From positions 213-64,212 of the forward strand of contig CAZUXR010000001.1 in NCBI GenBank assembly GCA_964624785.1: 64,000 nucleotides of DNA, given 5' to 3'. The stretch comes from an uncultured Candidatus Saccharibacteria bacterium (lineage in GTDB: Bacteria > Patescibacteriota > Saccharimonadia > Saccharimonadales > UBA10212). The translations under genes were made by a program, and so were the position numbers. The notes beneath the pieces were generated by a model. It ran no database searches and was not told where the DNA came from. It was given only the letters and a program-made list of their open reading frames with translations. How positions within the stretch are numbered: the stretch's first letter is position 1; each line of letters begins with the position of its first letter. Shown here piece by piece: positions 36,216 to 44,097 of the stretch.

Positions 36216-36926
36216 ATGAATAAGAGCTCCGAAGAATCAGTAATACCCGTTCTTAAAATCATAGAAAAAGGCCGATCAGGGCACTTGGTCAGCCCCCAAG
36301 TTTTGCGACCAAAACGGAAGGAGGATGTTTCAAACCCCGAACTCGCAGCATCAATGGACCTTGCCGCCGCCATCGAGGCACTTAGAAGTGGTGATGTGAA
36401 AAAAGCAGAAGAAGACGCGAATAAAGCATACGGAGAGTATCATGCAGCATTTGCATTAAGGAGATCTACGACGGGTGACAGTGTTCCCAAATCTGGCGAC
36501 TTGTTGGGCTTAGCGGCTGCTAAAGATACTGTTTTAGCAACTTGGGAATTAGATCCAGAAGCGCACAAAGATCAAATAAAAAAGGCCCGCGACGAAGTGA
36601 GTGATTTCTTACTACTGGCACGTGAATTGCTTGGAAGTGAAGTAGACTCTGGAGATGTTGATCCCGAGTCTCCTGAATATGCTCAGAGACTAGCCGCTCT
36701 AGCGGTTTTGGAGGCCCAAACATATATAGCCGAGGGTAAGCCTGTGGAAGCATTTTGGACAATTGCACATACTACTCAAAATCTTAATGGCAGCACACCT
36801 GGGCACGTGGAAAATATCTTAAGCGAAGAAGCTACGATCTTAGCTATGATGGCAGAGCATGAAGGTACTACGCCTCCTCGATCAATTCGCTGCAATGGCG
36901 CACGAGTTCTAGCGCTAGCTGCTTAG
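36216..36926 (+). CDS. hypothetical alpha-helical protein
   Basis: 236-aa ORF. A possible TTGCGC-17-TACACT promoter lies about 70 nt upstream. No family recognised. Confidence 0.5.
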   Translation: MNKSSEESVIPVLKIIEKGRSGHLVSPQVLRPKRKEDVSNPELAASMDLAAAIEALRSGDVKKAEEDANKAYGEYHAAFALRRSTTGDSVPKSGDLLGLAAAKDTVLATWELDPEAHKDQIKKARDEVSDFLLLARELLGSEVDSGDVDPESPEYAQRLAALAVLEAQTYIAEGKPVEAFWTIAHTTQNLNGSTPGHVENILSEEATILAMMAEHEGTTPPRSIRCNGARVLALAA

Positions 36927-37621
36927 GGGCGGGTGTAGTTTTTTAGCATTGTTTGAATTATATTTTGAGTTTCCGCTGTTAGTTTAACGTGATTCTCTAC
37001 CCTGCTTAGTACTTTTGGGCTAGCAGCGCTAAACCCCAAGCGTAAGAATTTTATATGGTTGGCGGTAAAAATTCCGCTGCTGGAAGGTTCCGGAACAAAA
37101 TGCATATTATCTATTTGGAAGTTATATTTTTTACTTGGCAAAAGTTTGGAACCTTGGTTGTCAGTATGCAGATTTGGGGCGTGGCCAGCTATTTTAAGCA
37201 GCTGCATATAAAACCACAGTTTGGTGATTTGCTGATCTAGGTCTAAGTCGTTCAATGCTTCCAGCCCAGTCGCTAACAGATTGAAATAGTCAGATTCTGT
37301 CGCATCTTCGGTATTTTTATTAATCAAACTCAAGAACTCGTAAGCCGAGTTGGTCCGATCTATGTCCTTAACAATATCGCCAAAATGCTTCACTAGCCGC
37401 GCGGAAATCAAAGTATAAATTTCGCTGCGGCCAACAATATAGCTAATGTCGCTAACACTAAAAAGTTCTACGCTGCCAGCTAATTTGCTTTTTTTAAGCC
37501 GTACACCTTTGGCAATAACCGTGATTTTGCCGTGATCGGGCGTAAGAAATTTAATAATGCGGTCACCTTCGCCAAAATCCGTACGTGTCAGCACAATTCC
37601 GGTTGTACTAGTCGAATTCAT
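36923..37621 (-). CDS. recO: DNA repair protein RecO
   Basis: N-terminal OB-fold pattern GIVLTRTDFGEGDRIIKFLTPDHGKITVIAKGVR. 232 aa. Confidence 0.85.
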   Translation of the reverse strand: MNSTSTTGIVLTRTDFGEGDRIIKFLTPDHGKITVIAKGVRLKKSKLAGSVELFSVSDISYIVGRSEIYTLISARLVKHFGDIVKDIDRTNSAYEFLSLINKNTEDATESDYFNLLATGLEALNDLDLDQQITKLWFYMQLLKIAGHAPNLHTDNQGSKLLPSKKYNFQIDNMHFVPEPSSSGIFTANHIKFLRLGFSAASPKVLSRVENHVKLTAETQNIIQTMLKNYTRP

Positions 37622-37995
37622 GCGACTAAAGCTGTGCTGAGGCTCTGCCCTAGACGGTCAAGTGAAGTAGTTGGTTTGTAATGATAGTTTGTGATTTCTA
37701 GTTGGCTTAACACTTCTTGGCAGTAAATTAACTCTTCTGGGGCCAAGCTGCTAAAAACGATTACTGGCAAGCGGTTCCATTCTGGATAACTGCGTAATTC
37801 GTATAAAAATTCCACGCCGCTATGGCCCGCGAGCAGCAGGTCCATAATAATAGCATCTGGTGTTTTGGTGTCGGCCTGGCAAATTGCGGACTGCGAATCC
37901 GCACACCACACCACGTTGTGACCCAAACCATCAAAAAATTTGGTTATGTTATTAGCCACCAATCGGTCTGATTCAAGAAGTAAAATGTTGCTCAT
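37618..37995 (-). CDS. single-domain response regulator (receiver only)
   Basis: ILLLESD ... AIIMDLLL (phospho-acceptor Asp context) ... VIVFSS. Start at the ATG at 37995, 1 nt after the upstream stop. Confidence 0.8.
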   Translation of the reverse strand: MSNILLLESDRLVANNITKFFDGLGHNVVWCADSQSAICQADTKTPDAIIMDLLLAGHSGVEFLYELRSYPEWNRLPVIVFSSLAPEELIYCQEVLSQLEITNYHYKPTTSLDRLGQSLSTALVA

Positions 37996-37996
37996 T

Positions 37997-38725
37997 TTAG
38001 ATAAAATTAAGTTGCTTGGTCGCAGGAATGCTTGTAGCCAGTCCACTCATTTTGTGATGCGCCGCCGCTCGCAAAGGCTGCCACATTGAAGCACAAAGCA
38101 TATCGGCAATTAAAACACCGGCAGCAGAACCCAGCGGTAATCCAGCGACTGGCTGACGAGCGCGACCAGCCATTCGGTGAGCATTGCGCAATGTTTGACT
38201 GCTAAAACCCTCTAGACTACTAAAAACTCCTGTGGTTATAAAATTATTAGCGGAACGATGTGCACCTAGCAATAATGATTGGCGATCTTTGTCGGCCGCC
38301 GCCGACTGTCCCCGAATAATGCTTGTTCCTAGCACTTGCAGCGCGGCCGCTAGGCTTGGCTTGTGGGCTAAAACTGGCGCGAGCTTGCCGCTTATATCTA
38401 CCTCTACCTCTGTAGAATAATGTTTAGCGTAAGGGTAAAGTTGGTGCGCCACATCTTGTAAAACCGCACCAACAGCCACAGGTTCGAGATCTAAATTATG
38501 CCCCCCCATAAGCGCTAATCTGTATGCTTCTATAAGTTGCAGCCCGGCCTCCATACTGACCAGCATTGCATCTTTGTTTTCGAGGCTAATGTCCCCAGCA
38601 GATTCCAGGTTAGTCTTTATCTGCAAAAAAGGCAGCATAAGGTCATTGCTAAGTGCCGCCAGCACCGATTTTTGGCGTGCAAGCTCGGCGAACTCCCTAT
38701 CAATATAGTGTTTTTTAACCCCCAT
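37997..38725 (-). CDS. degenerate histidine-kinase-like protein (no phospho-acceptor His, degraded ATP-lid motifs)
   Basis: The layout parallels HisKA plus HATPase. The H-box position reads AALSNDLMLPF, the N-box position LQVLGTSIIRG, and the G-box positions are degenerate. Confidence 0.45.
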   Translation of the reverse strand: MGVKKHYIDREFAELARQKSVLAALSNDLMLPFLQIKTNLESAGDISLENKDAMLVSMEAGLQLIEAYRLALMGGHNLDLEPVAVGAVLQDVAHQLYPYAKHYSTEVEVDISGKLAPVLAHKPSLAAALQVLGTSIIRGQSAAADKDRQSLLLGAHRSANNFITTGVFSSLEGFSSQTLRNAHRMAGRARQPVAGLPLGSAAGVLIADMLCASMWQPLRAAAHHKMSGLATSIPATKQLNFI

Positions 38726-38786
38726 TGCTAATCAGTATACACCTGGTTGTCAGGCTTAAATTGAGTATTTAAAACATCACGGACAG

Positions 38787-39449
38787 CTAAGGAGTGAATG
38801 TGAGCGAGGCTAAAACGGTATTATTAAAATCAGCAGCAAAATCGTTAGACATCGTATAAATTTTTAAAGTTTTATCACGAACCTTAATAACAACTAATGA
38901 CCCAGGCTGAGTCCTTGAATCGCTAGACAAATACCCATCGATTTTTGTTCCAGGTTGCAAGTTGGGCGCTCCAACCATTTTTGGCGGAATATAGGCAATG
39001 GCTTTTGCTTTGCCGACCTTTACCTGCTGCGAGAACTGCTGCATCACCTGGCTGTATGTAAGATTTACCAGCTCAACCCTGAGCGCAAATGCCGTCTGGC
39101 TTTGGGCGGCCGGTACGATATTTGGATTAAAATACCCGTTTATTGGAGTCGATAGGTTGGTTTCGTCTACGTATGCACTCCAGGTTTTTGGATAATTGAA
39201 TGTCACAGATCCGTAAGTTGGCGAACCCTGATAAACCTTGTTCGGATTTTTGTAATCTTCGTCAAATTTTAGCTTGAGCTTGGCGGCTTGGGTTTCCTCT
39301 GCTTTAGTAACTGCTACCGCGGACTTTTGGTCGCTGCGATCTTTATAGTCCTGACGGCTCATAAACGCCCAGGCTCCAAACGCCAGCGCGCTAAGCAAAA
39401 AGAACGATAGCAATGCTACCACAACAACCGAGCCTCTTTGGTTTTTCAT
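38787..39449 (-). CDS. hypothetical exported / membrane-anchored protein
   Basis: N-terminal TM or signal anchor (VVVVALLSFFLLSALAFGAWAF) followed by a beta-rich domain. Confidence 0.5.
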   Translation of the reverse strand: MKNQRGSVVVVALLSFFLLSALAFGAWAFMSRQDYKDRSDQKSAVAVTKAEETQAAKLKLKFDEDYKNPNKVYQGSPTYGSVTFNYPKTWSAYVDETNLSTPINGYFNPNIVPAAQSQTAFALRVELVNLTYSQVMQQFSQQVKVGKAKAIAYIPPKMVGAPNLQPGTKIDGYLSSDSRTQPGSLVVIKVRDKTLKIYTMSNDFAADFNNTVLASLTFTP

Positions 39450-39489
39450 ATACGCTTATGTTAACTCAAATGCCACCCTCGTTGCAAGA

Positions 39490-39981
39490 TTAGAACTTAT
39501 ACATAAATATGGCTTCGCGTTCGGCGATGGGTTTGCGGCCGGGAAGGGCGAATGCGTAACTGGCGATTTTTGGCTTGCCCAGCCGCTTTTGGTTTTTTAA
39601 AAATGGTGCAAACTTGGCCATGTACGAGTCGCTTAAAAATACGAATATGCCCTCGGCGGGTTCTAGTTGCTTGCTCCAAAAATTACCCCAAACCACTTTG
39701 ACTCTGCCCCGGTAGCGGCGGGTTCTAAGCCACACAATGACTACCAGCAAGGGGTTAATTTCGTATCCCGTGGCCCGTAGTCCACGTTTAGCGGCGGCTA
39801 TTAGTAGCGCTCCATCGCCGCAGCCCAGATCGATCAAATGCTGACCGGGTTTTAGATGGAGCATATCTAACGCAATTCCCCGTTGGCGCCGCAAGGTTCG
39901 CAAATACGGCGGACCAATAAAAATCACCGTAAATTGCAACGCTATGACTAGCCCGAGTAGCGCAAGCCATATAGCGATCAC
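39490..39981 (-). CDS. small class I SAM-dependent methyltransferase with N-terminal TM
   Basis: Motif I LIDLGCGDGALL. 163 aa. Confidence 0.7.
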   Translation of the reverse strand: MIAIWLALLGLVIALQFTVIFIGPPYLRTLRRQRGIALDMLHLKPGQHLIDLGCGDGALLIAAAKRGLRATGYEINPLLVVIVWLRTRRYRGRVKVVWGNFWSKQLEPAEGIFVFLSDSYMAKFAPFLKNQKRLGKPKIASYAFALPGRKPIAEREAIFMYKF

Positions 39982-39985
39982 GTTT

Positions 39986-40183
39986 TTAAACCTTAATTGA
40001 TAGTTTGCGAACTTTATTTTCGGCAGTTTTTAGGTAAGCTTCCATTTTTTTTATAAGTTCAACCGCTTGTTGGTGTTTTGCTACAGCTTCGTCTAAATCC
40101 AGGTTATCGCCTTCAAACCAAGCCAGCAATTGTTCTAGCTGGGCAGACATTTCTCGGTAGCTTTTTGGGCTAGCTTTTGGCAT
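39986..40183 (-). CDS. xseB: exodeoxyribonuclease VII small subunit
   Basis: 65 aa with LEQLLAWFEGDNLDLDEAVAKHQQAVELIK. It overlaps the xseA end. Confidence 0.8.
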   Translation of the reverse strand: MPKASPKSYREMSAQLEQLLAWFEGDNLDLDEAVAKHQQAVELIKKMEAYLKTAENKVRKLSIKV

Positions 40184-41294
40184 TATTCACTCCGATTACT
40201 TTCGCTTTAATTGTACCATCACTTAAATTTATGACCAGAAGGTCGTTAGCTTTGACCAGTTTAATACTCGCGATATGTTTGCCTTGGCTACGCACCAGTG
40301 CATAACCACGCCGCAAAACCGCCGATGGATCGTAAACACCGGCCAATCGATGTGCGGATTGTAAATATTCCCTGTTTTTATTGAACAAATTATTAGTGCT
40401 GGCAGCGATAGCTTCGGCCTGGGTTTTTAGCAAGTTAGTTTGTTCTTGAGCAATGCCCTCTATTCTACGAACAACACAGCTCAGCGTAGTTTGCAGCTGC
40501 GCAATTTTGTGAGCACGATCCGGAACCAGAATCATGGCAGCGTTTGTGGGCGTGCTAGCACGTTTGTCTGCAGCCATTTCTGCCAAGCTAATATCTACTT
40601 CGTGGCCGATAGCTACAAGTGTAGGAATCCGACTTGACGCCACCGCTCGAACTACGCGCTCATCGTTGAATGCCGCAAGATCTTGCTCACTGCCGCCGCC
40701 GCGCGTAATAACTAACACTTCCGGCGGGTCAGGCAGTTGATTAAAATGATTAATCGCGGCAATAATCTGGCCAGCAGCTTGTTCGCCCTGAACATACACA
40801 TCGCTTAACCACACATTCAATCCACCCCAGCGCTCGTTTAATATTTTTATAAAATCAGCAGCCGCAGCAGAACCAGCGGCAGTAATTAAGCCAATGTTTT
40901 CTGGCAAATCTGGCAAGGTACGTTTGCGAGAATCTTCAAACAATCCTTCCACGGTTAATTTACGCAGCAACAAATCTGCAGCTTTTTTGAGCGAACCCTC
41001 TCCCACCGGAGTTATTGACTGAAAACTAATGGTAAAACCAAACTTTGGGTGGTAGCGCGGACTACCAACAACCCGCACTGTTAGACCATCTTGCAACGGC
41101 CCGGGGAGTTGGAACACACTGCCAAAAAACGGCACGCTCGATATGTCGTCTTTTAGATCAAAGTACACCCAGCGATTTTTTGACACTCTAAATCCGCTTA
41201 ATTCCCCTTCTATAGTCACGATTGGGTAGGCAAATTCTAAGGTCTGATTTAAAACACCAACAAAATCTGTGGGCGTAAATACAATAGCATCCAT
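40170..41294 (-). CDS. xseA: exodeoxyribonuclease VII large subunit
   Basis: N-terminal OB fold (VTIEGELSGFRVSKNRWVYFDLKD) and the catalytic region ITRGGGSEQDL...AIGHEVD. Confidence 0.9.
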   Translation of the reverse strand: MDAIVFTPTDFVGVLNQTLEFAYPIVTIEGELSGFRVSKNRWVYFDLKDDISSVPFFGSVFQLPGPLQDGLTVRVVGSPRYHPKFGFTISFQSITPVGEGSLKKAADLLLRKLTVEGLFEDSRKRTLPDLPENIGLITAAGSAAAADFIKILNERWGGLNVWLSDVYVQGEQAAGQIIAAINHFNQLPDPPEVLVITRGGGSEQDLAAFNDERVVRAVASSRIPTLVAIGHEVDISLAEMAADKRASTPTNAAMILVPDRAHKIAQLQTTLSCVVRRIEGIAQEQTNLLKTQAEAIAASTNNLFNKNREYLQSAHRLAGVYDPSAVLRRGYALVRSQGKHIASIKLVKANDLLVINLSDGTIKAKVIGVNNAKS

Positions 41295-42349
41295 TACTTT
41301 TTAGGCGTGCCCAAACCGTTATGAACGGCCTTTTGATAGAAGTAATAACCAGGAATCAACTGGATGCTCATATTTAGAACTCTATACATGATCGTGACTG
41401 GGATGCTCAAAGATGCTGGAATTCCGCAGGCCACCAAAACAGCCGTCATTAAGCCTTCGTAAATACCTATTCCTGCTGGCAAAACAGAAATCAATCCGGC
41501 AAAGTTGGCGACCGCGTAAGCAATCACCACCGCGCCAAAATTAACAAAGTGTCCAAAGGCCACGTAGACAGTGTAAACCGCCGCCACTTCGGTAATATTG
41601 GCAATCGTAAGATACATAAACGGCTTTTTTAGCTGCGACCAGTCTTTCCGATAGATATTATAGTTTTCGTGCAGTTCTATAAAAGTCTTTTGTGCTCCTT
41701 CAATACTAATAGTTTCTGGATGTTTGGGACGGACAAGATGAACGATTCTGTTAATAAGTTTTGTCACAAAAGTTAAAAAGCTGTTAATACGGCTGCGGCT
41801 TTCTACAATATAAACGCCAACAAAAGTACCAACGATCACAAGGGTTACGATTGTGCTGGTAATGAGCATTATTAGATTGTTGACATGCCCGCCGATGGCT
41901 AAAACCAAAAGGCCAAAAATCAAAATTGGCTGAAAGCTAATGTATAGAATGAGCAACTTCATCACCTGCGCGAGCGTTGACTGGGCGGTTGTTATGCTCA
42001 TGGTTTTTGTACGGACATTAAAGTAGCTAATGCCGCTCACCCCACCGCTTGGCAAAATATGATTCACAAAGTTAAGCTCCAGCATCAACTTAAACATATC
42101 TTTGTATTCGACTTTTTTGCCTAGAGTCTTAAACTGGTTCTGGTGCAATTTGGCGTAAACATGATAGTTGAGCCACTCGATTGGGATCAAAAGAAAAAGT
42201 ACTAGTGAGTGTACTTTTCCAAAATCTCTGATCACCTGGTGGATTTGGCTGCGAAGAGTGTATATCAAAATAGCTAGTGCCAGGAATGACAGCACATTCA
42301 GAATCAACTTCCAGCGGGATTTCTTGAGTAGTACTTGTTCGGGCTCCAT
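41294..42349 (-). CDS. flippase-like / lysylphosphatidylglycerol synthase TM-region (UPF0104) family membrane protein
   Basis: About 8 TM with the N-terminal pattern KKSRWKLILNVLSFLALAILIY...; the family assignment is by overall pattern only. Confidence 0.65.
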   Translation of the reverse strand: MEPEQVLLKKSRWKLILNVLSFLALAILIYTLRSQIHQVIRDFGKVHSLVLFLLIPIEWLNYHVYAKLHQNQFKTLGKKVEYKDMFKLMLELNFVNHILPSGGVSGISYFNVRTKTMSITTAQSTLAQVMKLLILYISFQPILIFGLLVLAIGGHVNNLIMLITSTIVTLVIVGTFVGVYIVESRSRINSFLTFVTKLINRIVHLVRPKHPETISIEGAQKTFIELHENYNIYRKDWSQLKKPFMYLTIANITEVAAVYTVYVAFGHFVNFGAVVIAYAVANFAGLISVLPAGIGIYEGLMTAVLVACGIPASLSIPVTIMYRVLNMSIQLIPGYYFYQKAVHNGLGTPKK

Positions 42350-42398
42350 ATCTAATTATTATAACTATAAATGTTTAATATGGGGTAAAATTATACAA

Positions 42399-43655
42399 AT
42401 GGATAAAATTAAAACAGTTGCAATTCTTGGCCGGCAGAAGTCGCTGGGACTTGCCGAACTAGAAAGTCTTTATGGCGCGGAGCATGTGCGCTCCTTGGGC
42501 GACAACGCCGCTGTTTTAGATATTCCAGCCACGGAAATGGATTTTAGACGGCTTGGCGGCGCTGTAAAGCTTGCCCAGGTACTGGCCGAACTACCTACCA
42601 CCAACTGGCCGGACATGGTTAAGTTTTTGGGCGATAAAATTCCTGAGCATATTCAATACATGCCAGAAGGCACCTTTACACTTGGGGTAAGTGTTTATGG
42701 AATAGTGGTTAAGCTAGAAACCTTGAACAGAAATTTACTTGGAATCAAAAAAATTATTAAAGCTGCTGGCAAATCAACGCGAATTGTACCTAATAAATCG
42801 CTGGGACTTAACAGCGCCCAAGTCCTGCACAACAAACTCACAACCAAGGGTGGCTGGGAGCTAATATATATTCGCGATGGCGAGCACACCTTGCTGGCAC
42901 AAACTTTATTTATTCAAGATATCGAGGCCTACGCAGCGCGAGATCAAGCCCGTCCAAAACGCGATGCCCGAGTGGGAATGCTACCACCAAAGCTAGCGCA
43001 GATTATGGTCAACCTTGCCAGTGGCAAGGTCGGGTCACCAGTCACTAGTCACCAGTCGACAGTCACCGGACAAACGACTGGCGACCGACCACTAGTGACT
43101 AACAAGCCTTTGGTTTTGCTAGATCCATTTTGTGGCACCGGCGTAATCCTACAAGAAGCGCTATTAATGGGCTATACAGTCTATGGTACGGATGCGGAAC
43201 CGCGAATGATAGATTATACCAAAGCCAATTTAGACTGGCTTGATTTGCGTGGCGCCAGCAAAGAAGGGCGGATTGAACTAGAAGTAGGCGACGCTACAAA
43301 ACATCAATGGGCTCCACCCCCCAATCTTGTAGCCAGCGAAACATACCTAGGCCGGCCGTTCACTTCCCCGCCGCGACCCGAAATTTTAACCCAAAATATC
43401 AGCGACTGCAATGTAATAATTAAAAAGTTCTTGAGCAATATCCACTCGCAATTAGAAAGCGGGACAAGATTATGCCTGGCTGTGCCGGCTTGGCAAGTTC
43501 AGCCCGGGGTATTTAAGCACTTACCTCTTATTGACCAAGTTGGCAATCTGGGATATAATCGACTGAGCTTTGTTCATGTCAAAGATCAGGATTTGATCTA
43601 TTACAGACCAGACCAAATCGTTGGACGTGAACTAATCATATTAGCTAGAGTATAG
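42399..43655 (+). CDS. THUMP-like / UPF0020-type RNA (guanine-N2 or adenine-N6) methyltransferase
   Basis: Motif I LLDPFCGTGVIL preceded by PPKLAQIMVNLA. Start at the ATG at 42399; the upstream ORF extension overlaps the convergent 41294 gene. Confidence 0.7.
   Translation: MDKIKTVAILGRQKSLGLAELESLYGAEHVRSLGDNAAVLDIPATEMDFRRLGGAVKLAQVLAELPTTNWPDMVKFLGDKIPEHIQYMPEGTFTLGVSVYGIVVKLETLNRNLLGIKKIIKAAGKSTRIVPNKSLGLNSAQVLHNKLTTKGGWELIYIRDGEHTLLAQTLFIQDIEAYAARDQARPKRDARVGMLPPKLAQIMVNLASGKVGSPVTSHQSTVTGQTTGDRPLVTNKPLVLLDPFCGTGVILQEALLMGYTVYGTDAEPRMIDYTKANLDWLDLRGASKEGRIELEVGDATKHQWAPPPNLVASETYLGRPFTSPPRPEILTQNISDCNVIIKKFLSNIHSQLESGTRLCLAVPAWQVQPGVFKHLPLIDQVGNLGYNRLSFVHVKDQDLIYYRPDQIVGRELIILARV
43034..43103. 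repeat. in-frame heptanucleotide array inside the methyltransferase gene
   Basis: GTCACCA GTCACTA GTCACCA GTCGACA GTCACCG GACAAAC GACTGGC GACCGAC CACTAGT GACTAAC. It encodes SPVTSHQSTVTGQTTGDRPLVTN just before SAM motif I. Confidence 0.75.
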
Positions 43656-43671
43656 AAGGACAGATTAACAG

Positions 43672-43944
43672 ATGAGTAAAACCAAAGCAGGCGGTACCGC
43701 CAAAAATATCCACGACAGCCCCGGCCAACGACTGGGTGTTAAAGTATACGGCGGCCAAAAAGTTAAAACCGGCAATGTTATTGTTCGCCAAGTCGGTTTA
43801 ACTAAGCGCGCTGGTGCTGGTACCTTTTTAAGCCGAAATTACACAATCCACGCCGCAAAAGACGGCACCGTTAAATACGTTAAGCGCCGCGTTAAACACT
43901 TTAGCGGACGTTCAGTTCCTCGCACCGAAGTAACCGTTGAATAA
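43672..43944 (+). CDS. rpmA: 50S ribosomal protein L27
   Basis: KAGGTAKNIHDSPGQRLGVKVYGGQKV..GNVIVRQ.G matches the L27 signature. 90 aa. Confidence 0.9.
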   Translation: MSKTKAGGTAKNIHDSPGQRLGVKVYGGQKVKTGNVIVRQVGLTKRAGAGTFLSRNYTIHAAKDGTVKYVKRRVKHFSGRSVPRTEVTVE

Positions 43945-43950
43945 AAACTA

Positions 43951-44097
43951 GCTCTAAGCTAAGAGCCCAGAGCTTAGAGCGGGCTTCAAGGTTTATGGTT
44001 TGTAGTTTATGGTTTTTGGGCTAACGCCGAACGCTAGCTTTTTTCATTCTCTATTCTCAATTCTCTAATTCCTGCTCTTAAGCTAAGGACTCTTAGC
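43951..44097. repeat. phase-locked heptanucleotide mosaic, copy A
   Basis: 21 consecutive 7-mers in one register. The blocks are GCTCTAA GCTAAGA GCCCAGA GCTTAGA, then TTATGGT TTGTAGT TTATGGT TTTTGGG, then CTAACGC CGAACGC, then CTCTATT CTCAATT CTCTAAT, then CTTAAGC TAAGGAC TCTTAGC. The first block forms a 10-bp hairpin (43951-43980). Confidence 0.8.

Noticed and set aside
36031-36219. 62-aa plus-strand ORF upstream of the 36216 gene.
   Set aside because: It is Lys/Asn-rich and read from AT-rich DNA, and it spans a plausible promoter (TTGCGC-17-TACACT) for the downstream gene. No supporting signal was seen, but I cannot fully exclude a small protein.
42168-42398. A 77-codon N-terminal extension of the methyltransferase ORF (track start 42168).
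   Set aside because: The extension overlaps the 5' part of the opposite-strand 41294..42349 gene and has no methyltransferase-like sequence. The ATG at 42399 (MDKIKTVAILG...) follows the intergenic gap.
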